Shown here piece by piece: positions 40,087-49,501 of a stretch of DNA of 64,000 nt; the first letter of the stretch is position 1; each line of letters opens with the position of its first letter. The stretch lies in contig CASFSV010000017.1 of NCBI GenBank assembly GCA_949297415.1, positions 24,244 to 88,243 of the forward strand. The letters run 5' to 3'. The notes under the pieces are model-generated. The model was not told the DNA's origin, ran no database searches, and saw nothing but the letters and a program-made list of their open reading frames with translations. The DNA comes from an uncultured Alphaproteobacteria bacterium (GTDB lineage: Bacteria > Pseudomonadota > Alphaproteobacteria > RF32 > CAG-239). A program made the position numbers and the translations under genes.

Positions 40087-40115
40087 CTTGCATTGTCAAA
40101 ATATTGTACCTAAAT
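40087..40115 (+). promoter_or_regulatory. Putative RpoH promoter of dnaJ
   Basis: CTTG-N18-CCTAAAT. Confidence 0.45.
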
Positions 40116-40162
40116 ATTCTACAGATTTATATATGTAATGTTTTATTCTATGGTTTGATGAT

Positions 40163-41281
40163 ATGACTACCACGGCTGACTACTATGAAGTTTTGGGTGT
40201 AACCAAAACCGCTTCAGGGGATGAAATTAAAAAAGCATATCGTAAATTGGCGATGCAATACCATCCCGACAGAAATCAAGGTAATAAAGAGGCGGAAACT
40301 AAATTTAAAGAAATTAATGAGGCTTATGAAGTCTTAAAAGATGAGCAGAAACGTGCTGCTTATGACCGTTACGGACATCAAGCATTTACCAGCGGTATGG
40401 GCGGTGCAGGGGCTAATCCGTTTAACGGTTTTGACTTTACCGGTGCGGGATTTGCCGATGTCTTTTCCGATATCTTTTCCGAATTTACAGGGCAGGGACG
40501 TGCCAGACAACGTTCTTATGCCGAACGCGGCGACGATATTCGCTACGATATTGCGCTCACTCTTGAAGAGGCTTATGTCGGCTTGGAAAAAGAAATCAAT
40601 ATTACTACTTCAAAAGAATGTGATGCTTGTCACGGACATGGTACTGCCGATGGTAAAGAACCTCCGGTTTGTGCTACTTGCGGCGGGACAGGCCGTGTTC
40701 GTACTCAACAGGGTGGTTTCTTTGTTTTTGAAACAACTTGTCCGCAATGCCGAGGTACTGGACGCGCTGTTACCGATAAATGTAAAAAATGTCGCGGTAC
40801 TGGTAAAGAAAAACTTGATAAATCTCTTAAAATCAAAATTCCTGCAGGTATCGAAAACGGTACACGCATGCGGGTTGCCGGCGAAGGTGAAGTCGGTAAA
40901 CGCGGCGGGCCTAAAGGCGATTTGTATGTCTTTATTACAGTTAAGAGACATAAAACTTACGAACGGGACGGAGCGGATTTATTCACGCTTTCTCCAATCT
41001 CTATGTCTATGGCGGCTATGGGCGGTAAATTTAAGCTCAAAGGTATTGACGGAGAGGAAATTGATGTTGACGTTAAACCGGGTACGCAACCAAATGATAA
41101 ACTGCGTATCAAAGGTAAAGGTATGCGCTATATGAACTCCGATAAACGCGGTGATTTGTTTGTTGAATTTAAAGTGGTTATTCCGACGAAATTAACCGAT
41201 GCGCAGAAAGAGTGTTTAAAACAGTTTGATGCGGCTGCTCCTGAAGAAGAAAAAAGCTTTTGGGATAAATTGTTCGGATAA
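40163..41281 (+). CDS. dnaJ: Chaperone DnaJ
   Basis: J-domain with HPD, G/F region, four CxxCxGxG repeats. Confidence 0.98.
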   Translation: MTTTADYYEVLGVTKTASGDEIKKAYRKLAMQYHPDRNQGNKEAETKFKEINEAYEVLKDEQKRAAYDRYGHQAFTSGMGGAGANPFNGFDFTGAGFADVFSDIFSEFTGQGRARQRSYAERGDDIRYDIALTLEEAYVGLEKEINITTSKECDACHGHGTADGKEPPVCATCGGTGRVRTQQGGFFVFETTCPQCRGTGRAVTDKCKKCRGTGKEKLDKSLKIKIPAGIENGTRMRVAGEGEVGKRGGPKGDLYVFITVKRHKTYERDGADLFTLSPISMSMAAMGGKFKLKGIDGEEIDVDVKPGTQPNDKLRIKGKGMRYMNSDKRGDLFVEFKVVIPTKLTDAQKECLKQFDAAAPEEEKSFWDKLFG

Positions 41282-41304
41282 ATCTTTATCTTTTAGCTTA
41301 TTAC

Positions 41305-41332
41305 GGCGCTTCTTCATGAGGCGCTTTTTTTT
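41305..41332 (+). terminator. Terminator after dnaJ
   Basis: GGCGCTTC-TTCAT-GAGGCGCT plus T-run. Confidence 0.7.
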
Positions 41333-41353
41333 ATTTGTAAAGCTATTTTCCTT

Positions 41354-42256
41354 TTATCCAACCAACCATAGCAATAATCCCAAAAAGATTATTACCGATA
41401 AACTCATCGGAGAGTGGGGAAGTTGCTTGGTCTTATATATATCAATGATTATCGGTGATAACAACAACATCGCAATTACATAAGCCGGATTTTCTGCCTC
41501 TCTTAACGCTATTGTCTTGGCGGCTATCAATATCGTGCTAAAAATTATCAACCACACGGCATTACCGGATTTTAACGGTGCAAACAATAATTCCTTGCGT
41601 GTCGGTACGGTTTCCTCTGATATCTCTTTTGGGATTGCCAGCGGATTTTGCATATCTCTTAAAAACATTATCGCATTGTATATTCCGCTGGTAAAACATG
41701 AGACCGTTAAATAATATATCACTCCCGTATATACTTTACCGCCATGTATTGCGATGAAGCGTGTCGCTATGCTCATCAACGCCAAGGCAAATACCGCCGG
41801 ATATAAATATTTTTCCGCTCGATGACTAATTTTTACTTTCATCATTTGCCAATAACTTACCGAAAAACCGCATAAAATCAAAAATAAACTAATCAGTAAA
41901 TGCGGCTTTTGAATTAAATCTTCCAGTTCTCGAAAATCTATACCCCACCACATAAACGTTGTTATCAAAACACACGTCGCCATAAAACCTGAACACGAAT
42001 GACTGCCATATTTTGCTGAGGCAAAGAATATATGGCTGTCATATACCCCAATCATTATCCCTTGCATTATTAATATTACATAATATGGGGCGGAATTTAT
42101 CAACGGTACTGTTAATAGCAACGGCGATACCAATATACTTACGCCAAAACCTCGCCATATTCCCAAAACATATCCGTTGTAACGGTGTTGTTCGTTAAAG
42201 GTGGTGTATATGGCGTTAAAAACTGCGTATATCAGGCTTAAAAATATCCAGCTCAT
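41354..42256 (-). CDS. DMT/EamA-like integral membrane protein
   Basis: About 10 TM; likely start MSWIFLS after GGAAAAGG; longer ORF 41354..42445 would overlap the neighbour. Confidence 0.7.
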   Translation of the reverse strand: MSWIFLSLIYAVFNAIYTTFNEQHRYNGYVLGIWRGFGVSILVSPLLLTVPLINSAPYYVILIMQGIMIGVYDSHIFFASAKYGSHSCSGFMATCVLITTFMWWGIDFRELEDLIQKPHLLISLFLILCGFSVSYWQMMKVKISHRAEKYLYPAVFALALMSIATRFIAIHGGKVYTGVIYYLTVSCFTSGIYNAIMFLRDMQNPLAIPKEISEETVPTRKELLFAPLKSGNAVWLIIFSTILIAAKTIALREAENPAYVIAMLLLSPIIIDIYKTKQLPHSPMSLSVIIFLGLLLWLVG

Positions 42257-42382
42257 TCTTCCTTTTCCGTTGCTTACTTGGTTTATATAATCGCTTTTTT
42301 GAGGATTTAAACGATTGTGTATTTTATTTGACTTCACTGCATCTTTGGTGTATAATTTCTCTATATTATTGCGGAGGCGGTT

Positions 42383-43393
42383 ATGAGTGATGAAAATGAA
42401 ATTTTTGTTGATGACGGTTTGGATATTTCTGATGCACAACGTCAAGAAGTACAGGAAGGTTTGTCTTCACTCAAAACTTGGTTAACCCGCAGACGTGAGG
42501 TTTCTAAAAATGCCGACGGCGAACCTGATTATCAGCAGGCTCTTGATAATCTTGATAAAACGAAAGTCTTTGTGACCGAAAAAGGTGTTGATCGGTTGAT
42601 TGACGCAGTTGAAAATGGTGAACTCCACTTAACCGATAAATTTGTGCAAGCTTTGGGCGGAAAAGATAAAGCTATGGCACATCTCCATAAATTAAGCGCT
42701 GAAAAAGGAGATAATAATATCGCTTTTAATACGCTCGGCATCATTAAAGAACCGACGGTTTTTCTTAATCTTAAAAATTATGAGCAAAATAAAGGACATC
42801 TTGAATTGCGCTCTATATCCAGTTTGGTTACGCACGAAGCAACCCACGCTTTAGGACTTAAATTTAGTGAAAATATGGCTAATGTCATTGTTGGTAAAGA
42901 GGTTAACGATGGCGTAGAGTACAGCAAATATCGGGACAGCGGCAAAGAAGTTTATGCACGCGTTATGCAACTTCGCCATGACCTGAAGCTTAGCCCAGAA
43001 CAGGAATTTACTTTAGATGATGTTACGAAAATGCGGCAGGATTGTATGGAAAAACGCCAAAACTATCAGAAAGTTGACGGAAAAGCCGCTCCCGAAAATC
43101 TTGATACAATGCTGTTTGAACACTATTCCGATGAGCAAATTCAATATCTGCTTAACGCAACTTCCGAAATCTTACCGCAACAAGATAATTCTATGGATCG
43201 TTATCAGTTAGCTGATGCCATGAAAAAGGATTTTGCGGCTTCACAAGCAGAGCTGCGTGTTAAATCGCAACTCTATAAAAACGATGCTAACCAGATACTT
43301 GTCGCGGATAATCAAAATAAAAACGCTCCTAAAGTCAATAATCTGTCACAAACCATTTTGCAACAAAAACTTCAAGAGCGTTATTATTCCTAA
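42383..43393 (+). CDS. Hypothetical protein with zincin-like HExxH motif
   Basis: VTHEATHALG..KEVYARVMQLR; GGAGG RBS. Confidence 0.7.
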   Translation: MSDENEIFVDDGLDISDAQRQEVQEGLSSLKTWLTRRREVSKNADGEPDYQQALDNLDKTKVFVTEKGVDRLIDAVENGELHLTDKFVQALGGKDKAMAHLHKLSAEKGDNNIAFNTLGIIKEPTVFLNLKNYEQNKGHLELRSISSLVTHEATHALGLKFSENMANVIVGKEVNDGVEYSKYRDSGKEVYARVMQLRHDLKLSPEQEFTLDDVTKMRQDCMEKRQNYQKVDGKAAPENLDTMLFEHYSDEQIQYLLNATSEILPQQDNSMDRYQLADAMKKDFAASQAELRVKSQLYKNDANQILVADNQNKNAPKVNNLSQTILQQKLQERYYS

Positions 43394-43400
43394 TCAATCT

Positions 43401-44300
43401 TTAATTCTGCGATTTTCTTTTCGGCTTTTGCTTAAAACTTCCGTCTGATTTCTTTTTGAAACTGTATGGCTCGTAATTGGTACCTTTATTTTCTTTACGG
43501 CTGAATTTTACACTTTTTTGACGTGCGTATGCCTTACGTTCTTTGTCATTTTTGAGTGCGGAACTTTTGTCTTTTTTCACAAATTTCGGCTTTTTAACAA
43601 TAACTTCCACGCCGTTTTCATAGAATATCGTCGTTTCTTTTGCTTCGGCGACTGTTTTTCCTTTCGGCATTTGGATTTTCTTTTTGCCAAACTTTTCATC
43701 GGCCTTCATTACGGTTGCAATAGATGGTGCCGCAGGATTTTTCTTCTTTTCTACAGAAAAACCAAACTTGCCGATTTTGCGTCCTAAAGTGTAATAAAAT
43801 CCATGTGCATAAGCCAATAATCCGGCTTTTTCCAAATCTAGCGCACCGTTTTCATCTATATATTTATCATCCACATTGACTGCTACAACTTCTGCCAAAA
43901 ACATATCATGAGTGCCAAAAGGGCGAACTTCCAATACTTTACATTCCATAGACACAGGGCATTCGGCGATTTGCGGTGCTTTGATTTTTGAGCAAGGTTC
44001 GGCTGTCAATCCGGTTAAGGCAAATTTATCCAAATCTCTACCCGATTTCACTCCTACCGTATCGGTCGCTTCCGCTATCTTCCATGTCGGCAGATTTATG
44101 GTGAATTCTTTGTTTTGGCTGATTAACTCATGCGTATAGCGGCTTGGTCTTAATGATACATAAGTCAATACCGGATCTGAACAGATAATTCCCGTCCAGG
44201 CGGCGGTCATTACATTGGGGTGTTCCATATCTCCCGAGCCGATTAATGCCGGCGAAAGAGGGGATATCATTGTTCCCGGTTGCCATGTTTGCTTGCTCAT
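43401..44300 (-). CDS. Flavin reductase-like family protein with Lys-rich C-terminal extension
   Basis: NVMTAAWTG..EFTINLP..GVKSGRDLDKF..ECPVSMEC..GTHDMFLAEV. Confidence 0.88.
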   Translation of the reverse strand: MSKQTWQPGTMISPLSPALIGSGDMEHPNVMTAAWTGIICSDPVLTYVSLRPSRYTHELISQNKEFTINLPTWKIAEATDTVGVKSGRDLDKFALTGLTAEPCSKIKAPQIAECPVSMECKVLEVRPFGTHDMFLAEVVAVNVDDKYIDENGALDLEKAGLLAYAHGFYYTLGRKIGKFGFSVEKKKNPAAPSIATVMKADEKFGKKKIQMPKGKTVAEAKETTIFYENGVEVIVKKPKFVKKDKSSALKNDKERKAYARQKSVKFSRKENKGTNYEPYSFKKKSDGSFKQKPKRKSQN

Positions 44301-44414
44301 TTTATTTTCCTTCTCTTAGATTGTTTTATTGCCGCGGAGTATAGCAGATTGTTTATATTTGTAAAGAGGTGAAAATAAAAAATATGTGGTCTTTTGTATT
44401 GTCCCTGTTATCTT

Positions 44415-45209
44415 TTAGCGCGAGAAAATTTTGTTCCATAACTTTTGTTTGACTATTTTGTTAAAGAGATTGTTTTTCTTTTTTGGCGATGGTTCTTGGC
44501 TCATATTCTCTTGCGATGGCTGAGCTACATGTTCTCTTTCTTTTATTTCTGTCGTAGTTTCTTTTACTGTATTTTCTTGTGATTGTGATGCAGCTCGCAC
44601 ACTTTGTTCTATTTCTACATGAGCCTCTTGAGGCGTATTTTCTTGTGGTTGTTGGAGAGAGCGCAGGTATTCTTCTCTTTCTGCCAACATCTCTTTGCGA
44701 GCAGCTACGTGTCTTTGCAGCTCTATTTCAAGAGCTTCTTTTGTCTTGTAGTTTTGATATTCTCGATCATTCATTGCCGTAAATTTTGGCGTTAGGAATA
44801 TTGTACTGTCAATATCATACGCGTTTAATATCCCCATATTATACTTAAAAACAACATCTTGGGGAAATCTTACCACATCGTAATCTTGTGATAACTTTTC
44901 AAAATCTATGCGGGGACACGTTTGCTTATCATTTATCAGATAGGGCTCTATATTCTCTAAATTTTCATCGGCGATTAAGGTTTTTGCATCTTTATCAGGA
45001 ACAATATGCCATTGCGTTTGGTAGCGCTCAGGATGAAAATCCTCTCTTTCACACCAACTTTGCCATGCACTCTTTCCATTACTTTTATTTAATGGGGATG
45101 TCCATAGTCCGCCATCGGGTTTTGAATATTTGGTATTAGTTATTGGTTCAAAACAAGCCTTACTCGGTCGGTCTTCACCATTATATATTAATTCTATATC
45201 TTCTGACAT
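44415..45209 (-). CDS. Hypothetical protein with phage-like N-terminal domain and repeat tail
   Basis: KPDGGLWTSP..WQSWC..IDFEKL..YDIDS; three QEN(T/M) repeats; GAGG RBS. Confidence 0.7.
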   Translation of the reverse strand: MSEDIELIYNGEDRPSKACFEPITNTKYSKPDGGLWTSPLNKSNGKSAWQSWCEREDFHPERYQTQWHIVPDKDAKTLIADENLENIEPYLINDKQTCPRIDFEKLSQDYDVVRFPQDVVFKYNMGILNAYDIDSTIFLTPKFTAMNDREYQNYKTKEALEIELQRHVAARKEMLAEREEYLRSLQQPQENTPQEAHVEIEQSVRAASQSQENTVKETTTEIKEREHVAQPSQENMSQEPSPKKKNNLFNKIVKQKLWNKIFSR

Positions 45210-45310
45210 CAGTTCCTCCTATTGGCATTATTTTAGCACAAATTCCCTTACTTAGCAATAGGAAAAGCGTTCCTTTGCAGAAACGCTTTCCTCTCTATCT
45301 TATGTTTTTT

Positions 45311-46792
45311 TTATTTTTTCTCTAAGTTTTGTAATAACTTGTTGATTAAGCGAACACCGAAACCACTTGCTCCCTTAGGATATAATGGTTTTGGTTTACC
45401 AAACATATCCATACCGGCAATATCCAAGTGTGCCCATGGAGTTTTGTTTGGCAAAAACTCTTCCAAAAAGCATGCGGCGGTAATAGAACCGGCGGCTCTG
45501 CCGTCTGATATATTCTTAACATCTGCCATGTCGGACTTAATCAATTTACGATAACCGTCCGTCATCGGGAAACGCCATAATTCTTCACCGGATTGTTCGC
45601 CTGAGATACTCAATAATTCTGACAAACAATCATCATTGCTGAATAAGCCCGCCATTTCACTACCCAAGGCAACCACAATCGCACCGGTTAATGTTGCCAA
45701 ATCTACAATACGTTCCGGCTTATATTCTCTTTCAACATAAGTCAAGCAATCGCCCAGAACCAATCTTCCTTCCGCATCCGTATTCAATATTTCAACGGTT
45801 TTACCCGATAGGGAGGTTACAATATCTCCGGGGCGGGTGGCTGTTCCGGACGGCATATTTTCTACCAACCCAACAATACCCACAATATTTAACTTCAATT
45901 TCTGCTGAGCAGCGGCTTTCAAACTGGATACAACCACAGCAGAGCCTGCCATGTCTTGTTTCATATCCCACATACCGGCTGCCGGTTTAATGGATATACC
46001 GCCCGAATCAAAGGTTACGCCTTTGCCGACCAACGCAATGTCATAGCCTTTTTTGCTCTTGTTGCCGTTATATTCCAAAATAGCCACATACGGACTGTTG
46101 ACGGAACCTTGAGCTACGGACAATAACATATTGAAACCTTCTTTTTTCAATTGTTCTTTATCTTTTAAGATAACCTTTAAGCCCAAATGTTCCAAACGCT
46201 TGATGTCTTTCGCATAAACTTCCGGCGTTAACTCGTTGGACGGTTCATTGGTCAAATCGCGCGCATATCTGACGGCATTGGCCAGAGCGGCGCTCTTTTC
46301 ATAATCTTTTTTATCCAATTTGTCTTTGGCTACGAAATTTAATGTTTCCAATCTCGGAAATTCATCTGCTTTCTTCGTCGTGCGGTATTTATCAAAGCTA
46401 TATGATGACAATTCCACACCTAAGCCCATATTAGAAGCGATGTCTTTGGCTTCAAAGTCAGTTTTCGGCAAGTGTCTTGCAAAAATTGTCGCAGATTTGT
46501 AGTTTTTTATCTGATTATACACTCTGCCACCTAAGGTTTGCAACATCACAGGTGTCGCTGTATTTGAAATTCGTAACAAAACAACCACGTCTTTGCCATT
46601 ATTTAGTATTAAGATGTCTTCTTTCTTTTCTCTACCTTCATCGGCTTTAGCGACTAAATCTTTCAGGCGATTAAAGGTTGAACGATCAATAATGCCGCCG
46701 GTAACGCCATAGTTTAAGGCTTCCTCTTTGGTTGCCAACAGAACTTTGACTTCGGTTTCTTTAGCCGAGCGGTTAAATGTAATTTCTGTCAT
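45311..46792 (-). CDS. pepA: Leucyl aminopeptidase (M17)
   Basis: VGKGVTFDSGGISIKP, MKQDMAG, NTDAEGRLVL, HLDIAG. Confidence 0.97.
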   Translation of the reverse strand: MTEITFNRSAKETEVKVLLATKEEALNYGVTGGIIDRSTFNRLKDLVAKADEGREKKEDILILNNGKDVVVLLRISNTATPVMLQTLGGRVYNQIKNYKSATIFARHLPKTDFEAKDIASNMGLGVELSSYSFDKYRTTKKADEFPRLETLNFVAKDKLDKKDYEKSAALANAVRYARDLTNEPSNELTPEVYAKDIKRLEHLGLKVILKDKEQLKKEGFNMLLSVAQGSVNSPYVAILEYNGNKSKKGYDIALVGKGVTFDSGGISIKPAAGMWDMKQDMAGSAVVVSSLKAAAQQKLKLNIVGIVGLVENMPSGTATRPGDIVTSLSGKTVEILNTDAEGRLVLGDCLTYVEREYKPERIVDLATLTGAIVVALGSEMAGLFSNDDCLSELLSISGEQSGEELWRFPMTDGYRKLIKSDMADVKNISDGRAAGSITAACFLEEFLPNKTPWAHLDIAGMDMFGKPKPLYPKGASGFGVRLINKLLQNLEKK

Positions 46793-46937
46793 TGTTTTCT
46801 CCTTTGTTTAATCTCGGTTATTTTGCGTCTTTATTAGTGAATAAAGTCTTAAAATTATGGGCTTGACTTTGCTTTTTATGGTGCTAATGTCTGAAAAATG
46901 TTGTTATCGCAGAGATTTTTTTATTTGTGAGGATATT

Positions 46938-47882
46938 ATGAGCGGAATTTTTAAGGCTGATGAGGCTAATATATGTCAGGCGGCGGAACTTATCAAGGGC
47001 GGTAAACTTGTCGCTTTTCCGACCGAAACGGTTTATGGCTTGGGGGCTAATGTGTATGACGCGCATGCCGTTGCCGGTATTTTTGCAGCTAAAGGTCGTC
47101 CTTCGTTTAATCCGCTGATTTCTCATATTGCAGAACCTTCCCAGCTTGCAGAATATGCCAGAGCTGATGAAAGAGCTTTGTTCTTAGCTAAAAAGTTTTG
47201 GCCGGGACCGCTAACCTTTGTTCTTCCGCGATTGGACGAAAATCCAGCGCTTGATTTGGTGTGCGCAGGGCTTAAGACTATTACTGTTCGTTGTCCGAAA
47301 CATCCGGTCGCTTTGGAACTTATCCGTCAATCAGGCGTGCCGATTGCCGCTCCTTCCGCTAATCGCTCACAGACTATTTCTCCGACTACCGCAGAAGCTG
47401 TTTATGAGAGTTTGGGCGATAATGTCGATATGATTTTAGATGGCGGTGCTTGTGAAGTCGGTGTTGAATCGACTATTTTGGATTTGACCACGTCACAAGC
47501 TGTTTTGTTACGAGCAGGGGGCATTACAAAAGAAGAACTTGAAGAAGCGCTTAACGAGCCGGTGGCTATTTCTGACGGCAATCCTAATCGTCCGACTTCT
47601 CCGGGGCAACTCTTAAAACACTATGCACCGTCCAAAAAATTGCGTATCAACGCTACTGAACGTCAAGATGGTGAGCTTTTTATCGGGTTTGGTCCGGAAT
47701 ATCCATGGGCAGAGATGAATTTAAGCCCTAAAGGGGATTTGCGTGAAGCCGCTGCGCATCTGTTTGCTTATATGCGTGAGGCTGATAAAAATCCAAACTT
47801 CTCTCGTTTGGCTATGGCTCCCATTCCGTTTGAAGGTCTGGGACTTGCCATTAATGACCGTATTAAACGTGCGGCTCGCTAA
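46938..47882 (+). CDS. tsaC: L-threonylcarbamoyladenylate synthase (Sua5 type)
   Basis: VAFPTETVYGLGA, KGRPSFNPLI, AAPSAN, GVESTI, PGQLLKHYAP (Sua5 C-domain). Confidence 0.95.
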   Translation: MSGIFKADEANICQAAELIKGGKLVAFPTETVYGLGANVYDAHAVAGIFAAKGRPSFNPLISHIAEPSQLAEYARADERALFLAKKFWPGPLTFVLPRLDENPALDLVCAGLKTITVRCPKHPVALELIRQSGVPIAAPSANRSQTISPTTAEAVYESLGDNVDMILDGGACEVGVESTILDLTTSQAVLLRAGGITKEELEEALNEPVAISDGNPNRPTSPGQLLKHYAPSKKLRINATERQDGELFIGFGPEYPWAEMNLSPKGDLREAAAHLFAYMREADKNPNFSRLAMAPIPFEGLGLAINDRIKRAAR

Positions 47883-47961
47883 TACATCTTCACTTTTCGA
47901 TATAAAAAAAATAAAGCACTTCTTTTTTCTTGAAGTGCTTTTTTGAGAGATTGTGTTAAAT

Positions 47962-48366
47962 CTAACCTTTTACTTGAATATTCTCTTTTATTTTGTTGAT
48001 TTTATTTTCTATTCTGGCTTTGCCTTTTTCTTTCATATCGTTGAACTCCTGAACCAAAGAACCGCGATATTCTACCGCCCAAGCAACCATCGAATCAATC
48101 ACCGGTTTTAAATTGTACCCGAGATTAGTCAACGTATAATCTACTCGCGGCGGAATTTGCGCGTATACTTTCCGCTTTAAGATACCGTTTTCTTCTAACA
48201 TACGCAAATTTGAGGTAAGAACCTTTTGCGTAATATTACCTAAGTCCTTTTTTAATTCGCCGAAGCGTTTCGTCCCGTCCATCAAACTTTCTATAATTTG
48301 TACTTTCCAACGGTCGCCAAGCATCTTTATTGTGGTTTCTGCAAGACTTAGAGATACTTCATTCAT
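47962..48366 (-). CDS. HxlR family transcriptional regulator
   Basis: WKVQII..KRFGEL..ITQKVLTSNLRMLEENG..PPRVDYTLT. Confidence 0.93.
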   Translation of the reverse strand: MNEVSLSLAETTIKMLGDRWKVQIIESLMDGTKRFGELKKDLGNITQKVLTSNLRMLEENGILKRKVYAQIPPRVDYTLTNLGYNLKPVIDSMVAWAVEYRGSLVQEFNDMKEKGKARIENKINKIKENIQVKG

Positions 48367-48578
48367 TTCTTATGGCTCCTTTTTTCTGTTCTCTTTTAAT
48401 CTATTAACTCAGCCTTTCTTTGACAAGGTATTTTTGTAAATAATGCAATGTTTTTTACTTTAATATATTATTGTGACAATTTTGTTACAAATAGGGGAAA
48501 ACGTTGCTTTTTTGTTGATTTTTTCGAAAAAATATGGTATGCTCTTAGCATATACGTATATATGGTGGAGCTTATTTT

Positions 48579-49487
48579 ATGTATTTATTGATGTTACTTG
48601 CGACGTTTATGGCGTCTCTTTACGGATATAATCTTTCCGCACGCCCCGATTATGATCGTGATATGGCGCGGAAAAAAGCTGCCGCCGTTATTTATAAATT
48701 TATTATCCACCATAACACTCTTAAAAAAGTCGGTATTGATATCAATCTTGGCGTTTATGAAGCTGAAGGTATTGATTGGGTTTTACCTAATGATCTGTTT
48801 TATACCGATTTTGATGATTCTTCTGCTCAAGATAACGAAGATATTCATACTTTCTTAGCTAGTGGCGGCGATAAAAAAATGATTTACCTTCGTGCTCACG
48901 ATAAAAAAGGTTCCTTAAATCCCGGAGGACGTGACTATCTAAATGTCGGAAGACAAATGTATGACGGTTCCGAAATGGCTTCAAAAATTCTTTGCTTGGA
49001 TAAACAAATGAACGAACCTGATAGCAAAAATTGTACGCCGGCTACAGATGCAGATGGAAATATTACCGGTACTTGTTGCGATTTGGCTAAAGGCGGAAGA
49101 TTTCTCGTTTCTTATAAAAAACTTGATGCACGTTGGATTAACCGTGTTAATGGTGATGTTAGTCTTGATTTCATTAGCGCCCTTAATAAAAAACAATACT
49201 ATGAACGTTTGGGCGTTATTCATTGGGGGAAGGGCACCGAATCAAATAAAGATGGGTGGATCTTTAAAGGTAAAATAAATTTTATTCCGGTTTTTGCCGA
49301 TGATATGGAAAAATGGGATCAGGAACACGCTGACGCAGGACGTGATTCTTACCCCGTTGAACGTAGAAATCGCTCATATTGGGAAATGCCTACTTGGATC
49401 TTTGATGAACATTTCTTCAAAGACAAAGAAGGTAATGATTTGTGCAGTAAGCAACAACCTTGTATATTTAAAATTGAGAGTTTTTAA
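48579..49487 (+). CDS. Hypothetical exported protein co-transcribed with the pilin-like adhesin
   Basis: Hydrophobic N-terminus, paired Cys, 14-nt gap to the next gene; GGAG RBS. Confidence 0.75.
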   Translation: MYLLMLLATFMASLYGYNLSARPDYDRDMARKKAAAVIYKFIIHHNTLKKVGIDINLGVYEAEGIDWVLPNDLFYTDFDDSSAQDNEDIHTFLASGGDKKMIYLRAHDKKGSLNPGGRDYLNVGRQMYDGSEMASKILCLDKQMNEPDSKNCTPATDADGNITGTCCDLAKGGRFLVSYKKLDARWINRVNGDVSLDFISALNKKQYYERLGVIHWGKGTESNKDGWIFKGKINFIPVFADDMEKWDQEHADAGRDSYPVERRNRSYWEMPTWIFDEHFFKDKEGNDLCSKQQPCIFKIESF

Positions 49488-49501
49488 AAGGAGGCTAAAT
49501 T

